The translations under genes and the position numbers were made by a program. Under the pieces are notes generated by a model that saw only the letters and a list, made by a program, of their open reading frames with translations, was not told the DNA's origin and did no database searches. Of a stretch of 64,000 nt of DNA, positions 20,444 to 30,237 are shown one piece after another (within the stretch, counting starts at the first letter, position 1; every line of letters starts with the position of its first letter). The DNA is from a virus, in the IMG/VR virus record IMGVR_UViG_3300044846_002555, positions 1 to 64,000 of that record; one strand, 5' to 3'.

Positions 20444-20472
20444 TTGATTTATTAATTATTATCAATTATATT
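20444..20472 (+). promoter_or_regulatory. Sigma70-like promoter for DNA polymerase
   Basis: TTGATT-17 bp-TATATT. Confidence 0.5.
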
Positions 20473-20534
20473 TATAGAAACAAGACAAACCTGATTTAAA
20501 ATCGGAGCAAATATGTCATTCTAAAAAATATATT

Positions 20535-23468
20535 ATGGTAACACAAGAAGAGATTAAAGCATTCCTTGAGGGGAATGACCCTGAAGAGCATATCGTTGCA
20601 ATCGAGTATGATTACGCATCGGACGCTATCTACAAAATCAAAGAAATCCCTGGTCAGGGAAAAATAATCAAAAAAGACACATTTACAGCATTTGCTTGGG
20701 TTGGTGATTTAAGAGATTTGAATTTTTATTCAAAATCAAAAGACCAACAAAAAGAAGCAATGAAGAAACACGGTATCATCATTGAGAAATTAGAAACCAA
20801 AGGTAATGAGAGATTAGAAAAAGGTCTTAAGTTTATGGTAAAATCAATGAAAGGGTATCGTTCACTTATACAATTCTTTAGGGATGGTGGTGTAGACCCA
20901 TGGGGTGAAAAAACAAAAGGTAAATTAACGGTACTTCCACCGGTAGAACAATTCCTTATTTCAAGAGAGAAGAGATTATTCAAAGGATATGAAGAGTACA
21001 ACGACATCACCCGACTCGGATTTGACTTGGAGACGACCTCTTTAGAACCTAAAGATGGTCGTATATTTATGATTGGAATCAAAACCAATAAAGGATACCA
21101 AAAAGTTATTGAGTGCGCTGATGAAGACCAAGAACGTAGAGGGTTGGTAGAATTCTTCAATATTATTGATGAACTTAAACCTTCAATCATTGGTGGGTAT
21201 AACTCAGCAAACTTCGACTGGTTTTGGATATTTGAAAGATGTAAAGCACTTAACTTGGACATCAAAAAGATTGCAAAATCTTTAAACCCGGCAAGACCTA
21301 TCGGACAAAAAGATGGGATGTTAAAACTTGCTAACGAGGTTGAAAGATATTCTCAAACTCAATTATGGGGTTATAACATCATTGATATTATTCACTCTGT
21401 TCGTAGAGCACAAGCAATCAACTCAAGTATTAAATCAGCAGGGTTAAAGTATATTACACAATACATTAAAGCTGAAGCCCCTGACCGAGTTTATATTGAC
21501 CATTTAGATATTGGACCGATGTATGCTAAAAAAGAGGAGTATTGGTTAAATGTTGAGAATGGAAAATATAAGAAAGCGGATAATCCTGCGTTTGATAATT
21601 TAGATACAAGATTCCCGGGTAAATACTTAAAGGTGACGGGTGATAACATTGTTGAGAGATATCTTGACGATGACTTGGAGGAAACGTTGACAGTGGATGA
21701 TGAATTCAACCAAGGAACGTTTCTATTAGCGTCAATGGTACCAACAACATATGAAAGAGTTTCCACGATGGGAACTGCCACATTATGGAGAATGATTATG
21801 TTAGCTTGGTCATATAAGAATAACCTTGCAATACCTCAAAAAGAAGATAAGACCGACTTCGTAGGAGGACTTTCACGACTACTTAAAGTTGGTTACTCTA
21901 CCAATGTACTTAAACTTGACTACTCGTCTCTATACCCATCTATTCAGTTGGTTCACGATGTGTTTCCCGAGTGTGATGTGATGGGTGGAATGAAAGGTAT
22001 GTTAGCTTACTTCCGTAACGCTCGTATTATGTATAAAAACTTGGCGGGTGAGTTCTATGAAACTGACCGTAAAAAGTCCTTATCATATGACCGAAAACAA
22101 TTACCTATTAAGATATTCATTAACTCGATGTTTGGGGCATTATCCGCACCACACGTTTATGAATGGGGAGATATGTTTATGGGTGAACAGATTACTTGTA
22201 CCGGAAGACAATATCTTCGTCAGATGATTAAGTTCTTTATGAAGAAAGGATATACCCCACTAGTAATGGATACCGATGGTGTCAACTTCTCTAAACCTGA
22301 AGGATGGGAGAATAGACGTTACATTGGTAAAGGATTGAATTGGAAAGTTAAAGAGGGTAAAGAATATACCGGAGATGATGCCGACGTTGCAGAATTTAAT
22401 GACCTTTTTATGAGAGGTGAAATGGCGTTGGACACTGATGGTACTTGGCCATCTTGTATTAATTTGGCTCGTAAGAATTATGCGGTTATGGAGGCGAGTG
22501 GTAAAATTAAACTGACTGGTAATACTATTAAATCTAAAAAACTTCCATTATATATTGAGGACTTTTTAGATAAAGGTGTAAAATTATTATTGGAGGGTAA
22601 AGGTCAAGAATTTATTGAGTGGTATTATGAATACCTACAAAAAATTTATGATAAAGATATTCCTCTTATGAAGATTGCTCAGAGAGCTAAGGTTAAGTTA
22701 TCTATTGATGACTATAAAAAAAGATGTGGTATGAAAACTAAGGCGGGTTCCTTAATGAGTAGAATGGCTCATATGGAATTGGCAATTAAACACGATTTAA
22801 AAGTTTCGTTAGGTGATGTTATTAGTTATGTTAATAATGGTATTAAAGCGTCTCACGGAGATGTTCAAAAAGTGAATAAACCTAAAAAAGGTTGGTCTGA
22901 AAAACAAATAGAATTATATTTTTCATCATATGATTCCACACATTATAAAGAAAAAGAAAAGTTTTTATTAAAAAATGGTTGGGAAAAATCTTGGTCTGAC
23001 GATAATTGGGTTCGTTCTGACGAGCCAATGAAAGAAGCGATGAATGGTGTTCCAACGGATGTTGCATATAGACTTGCAAATGCTGATAATACTGATTCGG
23101 CGATACAATTAAATTGTTATATGTTAGACCAAACTGAAATTGAAAACAATCCGGATATGAGAGGTGATTATAATGTGGAGAGAGCCATCTCAACATTTAA
23201 TAAACGAATTGGTCCGTTATTGGTTGTGTTTAAAGAAGAAGTTAGAGAACAATTAATTGTTGTTAATCCTGAAGATAGAGGGTTTTTCACTAAAGAACAA
23301 TCTGAACTTATAAATGGTGTTCCATTTAAAGAAGGTGACCAAGATAGATTAAAAGAGGATGTGTTAGATATTAGTGAGGGTGAGATTAAGTATTGGGAAA
23401 AACGAGGAATGAGTCCTGATTACATTTATGACTTAGCATCCGAAGGTTGGGAAGAATATATTAATTAA
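20535..23468 (+). CDS. Family B DNA polymerase
   Basis: Exo I FDLET, Exo II YNSANFD, motif A DYSSLYPS, motif B KIFINSMFG, motif C MDTDG. Confidence 0.95.
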   Translation: MVTQEEIKAFLEGNDPEEHIVAIEYDYASDAIYKIKEIPGQGKIIKKDTFTAFAWVGDLRDLNFYSKSKDQQKEAMKKHGIIIEKLETKGNERLEKGLKFMVKSMKGYRSLIQFFRDGGVDPWGEKTKGKLTVLPPVEQFLISREKRLFKGYEEYNDITRLGFDLETTSLEPKDGRIFMIGIKTNKGYQKVIECADEDQERRGLVEFFNIIDELKPSIIGGYNSANFDWFWIFERCKALNLDIKKIAKSLNPARPIGQKDGMLKLANEVERYSQTQLWGYNIIDIIHSVRRAQAINSSIKSAGLKYITQYIKAEAPDRVYIDHLDIGPMYAKKEEYWLNVENGKYKKADNPAFDNLDTRFPGKYLKVTGDNIVERYLDDDLEETLTVDDEFNQGTFLLASMVPTTYERVSTMGTATLWRMIMLAWSYKNNLAIPQKEDKTDFVGGLSRLLKVGYSTNVLKLDYSSLYPSIQLVHDVFPECDVMGGMKGMLAYFRNARIMYKNLAGEFYETDRKKSLSYDRKQLPIKIFINSMFGALSAPHVYEWGDMFMGEQITCTGRQYLRQMIKFFMKKGYTPLVMDTDGVNFSKPEGWENRRYIGKGLNWKVKEGKEYTGDDADVAEFNDLFMRGEMALDTDGTWPSCINLARKNYAVMEASGKIKLTGNTIKSKKLPLYIEDFLDKGVKLLLEGKGQEFIEWYYEYLQKIYDKDIPLMKIAQRAKVKLSIDDYKKRCGMKTKAGSLMSRMAHMELAIKHDLKVSLGDVISYVNNGIKASHGDVQKVNKPKKGWSEKQIELYFSSYDSTHYKEKEKFLLKNGWEKSWSDDNWVRSDEPMKEAMNGVPTDVAYRLANADNTDSAIQLNCYMLDQTEIENNPDMRGDYNVERAISTFNKRIGPLLVVFKEEVREQLIVVNPEDRGFFTKEQSELINGVPFKEGDQDRLKEDVLDISEGEIKYWEKRGMSPDYIYDLASEGWEEYIN

Positions 23469-23473
23469 AACAT

Positions 23474-23500
23474 AAAAGGTGTCTAACGACACCTTTTTTT
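23474..23500. terminator. Bidirectional intrinsic terminator
   Basis: AAAAGGTGTC-TAAC-GACACCTTTT between convergent genes. Confidence 0.9.
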
Positions 23501-23888
23501 ATTCTAATTTTAAACCATCTGATGAAACGATGTACCAATTATTTTCTAACATATAAAATTCAACACAAGCACCCCAATCAATAAATATTTCATCATAGTA
23601 CTCATCAATTTTACCTGAACTAGGTCTAATGAATACTTTGGTTAACGCTTTAATAATAATATGTTCTGTTGTATTAGAATCTAATGTTATATTACAAGAT
23701 TCAACATCTTTAATTACAAGTAGAATTTCCCCATTTGTTCTGTAATTGGATTCGGTAATAATTTTTTTCATTGGTATTAGTTCAGTATTTTCAGTTTCTT
23801 CAGTATTTTCTACCTCGATTAAAGTATTACCTAAAAATCTTGGGTCGTTAATTGTTTTTCTTGTAAATCTTTGGGTTATTGTGTTCAT
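23499..23888 (-). CDS. Hypothetical protein, possibly neck-associated
   Basis: 129-aa ORF directly downstream of the neck gene. Confidence 0.7.
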   Translation of the reverse strand: MNTITQRFTRKTINDPRFLGNTLIEVENTEETENTELIPMKKIITESNYRTNGEILLVIKDVESCNITLDSNTTEHIIIKALTKVFIRPSSGKIDEYYDEIFIDWGACVEFYMLENNWYIVSSDGLKLE

Positions 23889-23891
23889 AAA

Positions 23892-25028
23892 TTATATTAC
23901 ATAAATTTGTCTTGGCATTGCTCTAAATTTAAGTTGTTTGTTTAAATTTTCTGCGAGTAACGCTTCACGTTCCATCATTTTTTCAGGACGTAATCTTTCT
24001 AATCTTAATTTTAATTCTTCTTCAAGTTTGGATTTTTCATCTTTACCTTCAGTAGCTAAAGTGGCGTAATCCATTGTTAACTCACTATCAGGTGTTTTAA
24101 TGTTACCACTAAATTTACCTCTAACTCTTGATAATGTTTCTTTACAATAAGCAGTAAACCATCTTCTAACAAATTGTTGAGAAGGATTATTTAAGTCAAT
24201 CCAAGACATAGAGTCAATTGGAACGTCAGACGGTAATTTAATAATATCCGGATTGTTTTTTAAACAATTATCTCTATCCGCAGGGCCAACATCGTAATAC
24301 CAATACCATACTTGACCTTTAGCTAAATTTCTGTCACCAAAGTCAAATTTACCACCCGGAGTATTCATTAAGTGAATAGCTTTTTTACCTTCAGGTAATG
24401 CGGTTATAGTATATGTTAAATCACCCGCTATAATACGTCTTTGAATATTAATTTCTTGCATTCTCAATAACATATCAAATGCTGGCATCATAAAATAAGA
24501 ACCTGTTGCACCCATTTGAGCGAAACCACCGGCTCCACCCATACTACCTAAACCACCAAAACTAAAATTATCAAAAAAGACCCCATTCGTTGGAGATGGG
24601 CTAAACCATAATAATTCGTTAATTTCTCTATTTGCTGGAATTTCGTAAATTTGTTGATTAGGTACTAATTGTATAAAATCTTTTTTCAATACTGAATCAC
24701 CACCGGCTTGTAGTCCAACAATTTTTGAATAAGCGTAGGTGTATCGTGTTTCCCAATCTAAACTTTTAGTTACAAAAGCCCTTGATAATGATTGAGTATC
24801 TAAATTTAAGTTGTATAAAGAAGTCCATTGAGATTCAATTAACCAATCTTGAATATATTGTGAATAGTCACCAATAGATAATTCTAATAAACTATCCATC
24901 TGTTCGTCTTCTAATTCAATACTTCTTAATGGGGCACCAAGTAAGTGTTTAATTCTTGTATATAATTTAGTTCTTTCCGGTTCCGGTATAATTGCAGTTT
25001 GGTATGTTGTACCAGTTAATATCGCCAT
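23892..25028 (-). CDS. Neck protein, T4 gp13-like
   Basis: IKHLLGAPLRSIELEDEQMD resembles the gp13 N-terminus; C-terminal RGKFSG..P...LTMD. Confidence 0.7.
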   Translation of the reverse strand: MAILTGTTYQTAIIPEPERTKLYTRIKHLLGAPLRSIELEDEQMDSLLELSIGDYSQYIQDWLIESQWTSLYNLNLDTQSLSRAFVTKSLDWETRYTYAYSKIVGLQAGGDSVLKKDFIQLVPNQQIYEIPANREINELLWFSPSPTNGVFFDNFSFGGLGSMGGAGGFAQMGATGSYFMMPAFDMLLRMQEINIQRRIIAGDLTYTITALPEGKKAIHLMNTPGGKFDFGDRNLAKGQVWYWYYDVGPADRDNCLKNNPDIIKLPSDVPIDSMSWIDLNNPSQQFVRRWFTAYCKETLSRVRGKFSGNIKTPDSELTMDYATLATEGKDEKSKLEEELKLRLERLRPEKMMEREALLAENLNKQLKFRAMPRQIYVI

Positions 25029-25049
25029 AACGTTTTTATTTTATAAATA

Positions 25050-26588
25050 TCAACTTAATGTATAAATCAGGTCTTCTTTAGGGAAAATAAACTGACCGTC
25101 CATTATTTTTGAATGTTTATTGTCAAAGACCAAAACTTCTTTATTATTACGAGTAAAAATCAACCAATCAGTTGAATATCGTTTAACATTTCCTGTTCCT
25201 AAAATCATTATTGAATCTTTTATTTCTTTTTCTCCGGTATATGGTTTTATTTGTACCGTTTTTTTAACACCATCAACAATTACTTCACAATCAACCCCAC
25301 CAATCATATCTTCTTTACTTCCAAGTTTACCGATTGCATTAACGTTATCATTACCAAATTGTTTTTTTAATATTTCAATAGTTTTATCTTCTCTTGATTG
25401 ACCCCAACTATTAGTTTGAGTTAACACTTTCATAAGATTTTGGAATGTGGATGATTTTTGTGAGAATATTCTAAATTTGTATTCATCTAAAATATCAACA
25501 AGTTTTTTAACTTCACTTATTTGTTCAAATGGTTTTAAGCCAATCATTTTTATTTCAGGTAATTGTTTGGCTTTTAAAACTTGATTAACATCATTGAGTA
25601 AAACACAAAAACAACTATAGTTTGTGTTTAGTTTATTTAAAACTGAACGACCTTGAGTTTCTAAATCGTATACTCCGGAAACTTCTCCTTCGGCATATTC
25701 ATTATTCCCATAATAGTTGTCAGGAAAAACATCTTTTAACATTCTGTTAATACCGTCTTTGAAGATTGTTTTAACTTTTGGGTTGATATTAAACACCATA
25801 CGAATCGCCTCATTCATTTCTCTACTACATCTTTCAGATTTACCTTCAGAAATAACAGATTTTAATTCGGCACTTTCATTTAATTTATTATCCACTCTCA
25901 TTGTATATAATTTGTTAACAAATTCCCAATTTACACATTTCCAAAAGTTTTTAATATAGTCATCTTTTTTGTTTCTGTATTTTAGGTAGTAAGCGTGTTC
26001 CCATAAATCTAAACCTAACACAGGATATCCACCATCCTCAATAGTATTCATTAATGGATTTTCTTGGTTTGCTGTCGATACAATTTTTAAGGTATTTCTT
26101 TTTGTTATGACTAACCAAACCCATCCTGAACCAAATCTTTCTTTTGCAACAGTTTCAAATTCTTTTTTAAAGTTGGCAAAGGTATTAAAATCTTTTTTTA
26201 TTTGTTTGATTACTTCACCATTTGGGGTTTGAGTTTTAGGTGATAACATTTTCCAAAACAATGCGTGGTTAAAAGCACCTCCGGCATTATCTTTGATTGT
26301 TTTATTAAATCTACTGATAGATTTAACAATTTCTTCAAGTTCTAAATCACCATAATCTTTGTTTTTAAGAGCGGCGTTTAGTTTATCTACGTAACCTTTA
26401 TAATGTTTATTATAATGGTAGTTCATTGTTTCAGCATCAATAAATTGCTTTAGTGCTGAATAGGAATACGGTAATTTGTCGATTCCTATCTTTTTCATCT
26501 CATTAAGAAAGAGTGTTTCATTTTCTTGTTTTTCAACATTTTGAATCTCTTCCGTAATGAGTTTGATTTTATTTTCAATATGTTTCAT
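25050..26588 (-). CDS. sod: Fe/Mn superoxide dismutase fused to a C-terminal PD-(D/E)xK-like domain
   Basis: LPYSYSAL, HYNKH, NHALFW, FGSGW, DLWEHAYY; about 270 extra C-terminal residues. Confidence 0.9.
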   Translation of the reverse strand: MKHIENKIKLITEEIQNVEKQENETLFLNEMKKIGIDKLPYSYSALKQFIDAETMNYHYNKHYKGYVDKLNAALKNKDYGDLELEEIVKSISRFNKTIKDNAGGAFNHALFWKMLSPKTQTPNGEVIKQIKKDFNTFANFKKEFETVAKERFGSGWVWLVITKRNTLKIVSTANQENPLMNTIEDGGYPVLGLDLWEHAYYLKYRNKKDDYIKNFWKCVNWEFVNKLYTMRVDNKLNESAELKSVISEGKSERCSREMNEAIRMVFNINPKVKTIFKDGINRMLKDVFPDNYYGNNEYAEGEVSGVYDLETQGRSVLNKLNTNYSCFCVLLNDVNQVLKAKQLPEIKMIGLKPFEQISEVKKLVDILDEYKFRIFSQKSSTFQNLMKVLTQTNSWGQSREDKTIEILKKQFGNDNVNAIGKLGSKEDMIGGVDCEVIVDGVKKTVQIKPYTGEKEIKDSIMILGTGNVKRYSTDWLIFTRNNKEVLVFDNKHSKIMDGQFIFPKEDLIYTLS

Positions 26589-26630
26589 TCGGCTTGTTAT
26601 TTATTTCTTATAAATATCTCAACAAATAGA

Positions 26631-28406
26631 TTATCTTCGGGTGTTGATTTTATTCATAAGTTCTTCAATGAAGTCACCACTCTCACCAATGTTATCTCCC
26701 ATAACCGTTCCGATGTTTTGTTTCTTCATATTAACCATATCATAAATTATCCCTTCTATGGTATTATCAAAGATTGGGTAATAAACTGATACCGAATTTT
26801 TTTGACCATATCTATATGCTCTATCTTCAGCTTGAGATAAATCTCCCGGAACAAATGATAGGTCATTCATAATAACTGCTTCAGCTGCGGTCAATGTGAT
26901 TCCAACACCGGCAGCTTTCACGTTTCCAATAAACACTTTAATTTTTTCGTTTTCTTGGAATTGGTCAACAGCGTATTGTCGTTGAGGTTTTGCTGTTGAA
27001 CCATCTAATTTAACCGCCGATTTACCAAAGTGCTCTGAGATTTTATTTAGAGTGTCGGTAAAGTTAGTAAAAATAATAACTTTCTTACCTTGTTCTATAA
27101 TATTTTCAGCAAGTTCAATTGTGTCTTTAATTTTTTCTTCGGCAATTACTTGACGAACTTTCATTAGTTTACTGAACTGAACCGTTAATGATGTGCTTTC
27201 ATCCGGATTCTTATCATACCAATCATAATACTCACCCATTAACCCTTCGTACATTTTAGATTTTAATCTCAAATAAATTGGGGTAATGATTTTTTCAGGT
27301 AAATCTAACACATCCGTTTTTAATCTTCTTAAAACTTGTCTTGAAGTTCGGTCTCTTAATTCTTCCAAATTTGATGCTCCGGTGACGTTCCATATTTTAC
27401 GAGTTCCTGCGGTGAATTGATAACCTTGACAATATCTAATAGCATAAGCCATCCAATTCTGTGCAACAGGACTTTCAATTAACGACAATAGATTAAAGTA
27501 GTTCATCGGTCTATTGGTCATAGGTGTTCCGGTTAATAACCAAAGTTTATCAACTTTTTTACAAAAACTATTAACCAATTTAGTTCTTGCCGCCTGACCA
27601 TTACTCACATAATGTGCCTCATCTAAAATAATAAGGTCAAAGTTTCCTTGAGTGATTAATGAATTTTCTTTGTCTTTTAAATCGTAAAAGTTTTTAAGAA
27701 TATCGTAATTAACAATTACAAAGTCGTGTTCTGTTGAAAAGTTTTTACCTTCAGCAATATAAACACTTCTATCTGTGTAGTTTGCGATTTCTCTTTGCCA
27801 ATTAATCTTCAGAGATGCTGGACAAACAATTAATATTTTTTTAGCACCACTCTCTAACGCAGCGATAACGGTAATCGTTGTTTTACCAAGACCCATATCA
27901 TCAGCTAATATAAATCGTTTTGAACCTACTAATTTTTCAATGGCTATTGGTTGGTGTTCTAAAGGAGGTCTATGACTATATTTTGTATAATCTATTTTAA
28001 CATCTTTAATTGTATGTGTTTTAATTAAAGCACCTTTTGGTAGCCAAAAATCATGGATAGTGTCATTCTCCAATACTTTCCCCCAAACATGATAGGATTT
28101 GTCTTTCTCAACTAATAGCTTTTCAACCCATATTTGTTCAGGAATCGTGGTTAGTAATTTTTCATCGGCAATCTTTTTAGCAAAGTAAGGGTCTAAATCA
28201 ACCCATCTTTTGGCTACCTTTGGTGTTACTCCGTAATAATTAATTATATAATCAGATTGTGCTCGAGTAGGGTAAAATCTTTTATTGGTGTCCTTTTGTA
28301 GTTTTAATTTAAGGATATAGTTATTTGCCCCCTCGTAAGTGTCAAGAAGAGATATTGCTCGTTGTTCTACTGTTAAATTAGAATTTTCAGATGTATTGTT
28401 TTCCAA
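26631..28406 (-). CDS. SNF2-family (SMARCAL1/HARP-like) helicase
   Basis: LADDMGLGKT, DEAH, LTGTP, QAEDRAYRYGQ. TTG start at 28406 preferred because it avoids overlap and follows a promoter. Confidence 0.9.
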   Translation of the reverse strand: MENNTSENSNLTVEQRAISLLDTYEGANNYILKLKLQKDTNKRFYPTRAQSDYIINYYGVTPKVAKRWVDLDPYFAKKIADEKLLTTIPEQIWVEKLLVEKDKSYHVWGKVLENDTIHDFWLPKGALIKTHTIKDVKIDYTKYSHRPPLEHQPIAIEKLVGSKRFILADDMGLGKTTITVIAALESGAKKILIVCPASLKINWQREIANYTDRSVYIAEGKNFSTEHDFVIVNYDILKNFYDLKDKENSLITQGNFDLIILDEAHYVSNGQAARTKLVNSFCKKVDKLWLLTGTPMTNRPMNYFNLLSLIESPVAQNWMAYAIRYCQGYQFTAGTRKIWNVTGASNLEELRDRTSRQVLRRLKTDVLDLPEKIITPIYLRLKSKMYEGLMGEYYDWYDKNPDESTSLTVQFSKLMKVRQVIAEEKIKDTIELAENIIEQGKKVIIFTNFTDTLNKISEHFGKSAVKLDGSTAKPQRQYAVDQFQENEKIKVFIGNVKAAGVGITLTAAEAVIMNDLSFVPGDLSQAEDRAYRYGQKNSVSVYYPIFDNTIEGIIYDMVNMKKQNIGTVMGDNIGESGDFIEELMNKINTRR

Positions 28407-28424
28407 TTTTATTCTTTTAGTAGA

Positions 28425-28453
28425 AATATAACATATTTTATAATATTTATCAA
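28425..28453 (-). promoter_or_regulatory. Sigma70-like promoter for SNF2 helicase
   Basis: TTGATA-17 bp-TATATT on the minus strand. Confidence 0.5.
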
Positions 28454-28456
28454 GAT

Positions 28457-28789
28457 ATGGGAATGAAACAAGAGACATTAGAAAAATTAATAGATAAAAT
28501 GATAAAACACGTTAAACCTAATGGTGTGTCTGAACTTATTTATACATTAAAACCTACTGACGATACTAATGAAGAATATTATATGAAGGTAACATATATT
28601 GTCCCTGATGATAGTAAATATCTTTATAAAGTGTCATATCAGGGTCGTGAAATTCCTATAGATTACAGAAGTAAATGGAATTATGAAATACAAAAGACCA
28701 TAAAAGATTATTTTGGTATCAATGTTATAATCAATAATTCAGGTACTCGCTCGGAATCAGAATACAAAAGACAAAAAAAATATGAGTAG
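28457..28789 (+). CDS. Hypothetical protein
   Basis: 110-aa ORF downstream of TATTTAT at 28444. Confidence 0.7.
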   Translation: MGMKQETLEKLIDKMIKHVKPNGVSELIYTLKPTDDTNEEYYMKVTYIVPDDSKYLYKVSYQGREIPIDYRSKWNYEIQKTIKDYFGINVIINNSGTRSESEYKRQKKYE

Positions 28790-29297
28790 AAATTTAGTAC
28801 CAATTACCAGAATAGGTAAGTTCTTCGGAGCGGAGGATTACGATTTAGACATCTCTATGGGGGAAGAATGGTTATATGGTGATATGAACTTTACATTAGT
28901 TCTATATAAAGTAGATAGATTAAAAACCAAAACAGACGATGTTTATGGTGAGGTAATGACTGACGGTATAAAATATTTACCACCAATTGAGTTTAAAGCT
29001 TATGTTCAAATACTTCCACCTGAAAACAAATACTTGGGTAATTCTAAAATTGTACAATCAGAACCTGGTAATATGAAATTTGCAATTTACGCAGCTCAAC
29101 TTAACGATTTAGGAATTCAAATTAATTATGGGGATTATATTGGTTATTATGAAACAGAAACAAAAGTTAGATATTACGTTGTTAGCGATGACGGAAGAAT
29201 TAATTCAGATAATAAACATACATATGCCGGTTATAAACCATTTTATAAATCATATGTAGCAACTCCGGTAACGGAAAATGAATTTAGAGGATTATAA
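28782..29297 (+). CDS. Probable head-closure/neck protein (gp14-like)
   Basis: DDVYGE...K.LPPIE...GDYI pattern and genomic context. Confidence 0.55.
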   Translation: MSRNLVPITRIGKFFGAEDYDLDISMGEEWLYGDMNFTLVLYKVDRLKTKTDDVYGEVMTDGIKYLPPIEFKAYVQILPPENKYLGNSKIVQSEPGNMKFAIYAAQLNDLGIQINYGDYIGYYETETKVRYYVVSDDGRINSDNKHTYAGYKPFYKSYVATPVTENEFRGL

Positions 29298-29716
29298 TGA
29301 AAGTAAAAATAACAAAAAATAAACTATTCAATTCAATATACAATTATATTGATAAAACATTTAATTCAAGTAAAATGGATTGGGTTTATGGTATGGATGA
29401 AGATGAAGATGGATATCCTGATGTTGATAGAGAAAACGAATACTTTTTAATGTTCTTTGAAGGTGATTATCAAGGTATTTATGATACTGATATTATTTTT
29501 TATTATTTTGATGTTGATTATTATAATACTGAACCATCACATAAACCTTTTAGAGATAAAGCACCAATTTTAGAAGTTATTGGTAAGCACGCGGAACATT
29601 TAGATGACATGTTTGAAGGACATTGGGAAGAACCTATGAAAAAATGGTTTGAAGATAATTTTAATTTACCTGTTAAATCAGTATCCACATATTACGATTA
29701 TGAAAATTATAATTAA
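29297..29716 (+). CDS. Hypothetical acidic protein
   Basis: 139-aa ORF ending KKWFEDNFNLPVKSV. Confidence 0.7.
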   Translation: MKVKITKNKLFNSIYNYIDKTFNSSKMDWVYGMDEDEDGYPDVDRENEYFLMFFEGDYQGIYDTDIIFYYFDVDYYNTEPSHKPFRDKAPILEVIGKHAEHLDDMFEGHWEEPMKKWFEDNFNLPVKSVSTYYDYENYN

Positions 29717-30233
29717 CGAAAGACAGTATAGAAGATTATTAGAAATTGTTACAAATGATAAAGTTATTTGTGATGAGTGTGGTTGGTCTTGGGCTTTAGC
29801 CGATGGTGGAAACGACCCTTATATCTGTCACAAGTGTGGTCACGATAATGAGGAGAAAAAAAATATTGGTGATAAAGTTATGGTTTATTATAACTTACAC
29901 AAACACACCTTTTCAGTAACCTATAATGGAAGAGTTATTACTCATGCCGATTATGTTAAATTATCAGATGTTGAATTCAGAGTTAGACAAGGGGGTAGAG
30001 AAAAAGTATTAAAAGATAAAAGAAAGAATGTTCATTCATTTGTAATTGGAACTTTAATGGATTATTGTAAATTTCCTTGTGAGAATTTACCAAGTGAACC
30101 AAATAGTAATATAGTAACCTATAACCCTTACAAATATAACTCTTATGTTGTAAAAGATACCGAAGAACCAATATATAGTGCCGGTGAAGTTGAAATGATA
30201 AATTTAAGAGACAAAATATTTATAACAAAATAA
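29700..30233 (+). CDS. Hypothetical protein with zinc ribbon
   Basis: ATG 29700 (MKIIINERQY); CDECGW...CHKCGH; then a VYYNLHK...RKNVHSFV domain. Confidence 0.7.
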   Translation: MKIIINERQYRRLLEIVTNDKVICDECGWSWALADGGNDPYICHKCGHDNEEKKNIGDKVMVYYNLHKHTFSVTYNGRVITHADYVKLSDVEFRVRQGGREKVLKDKRKNVHSFVIGTLMDYCKFPCENLPSEPNSNIVTYNPYKYNSYVVKDTEEPIYSAGEVEMINLRDKIFITK

Positions 30234-30237
30234 TAAC

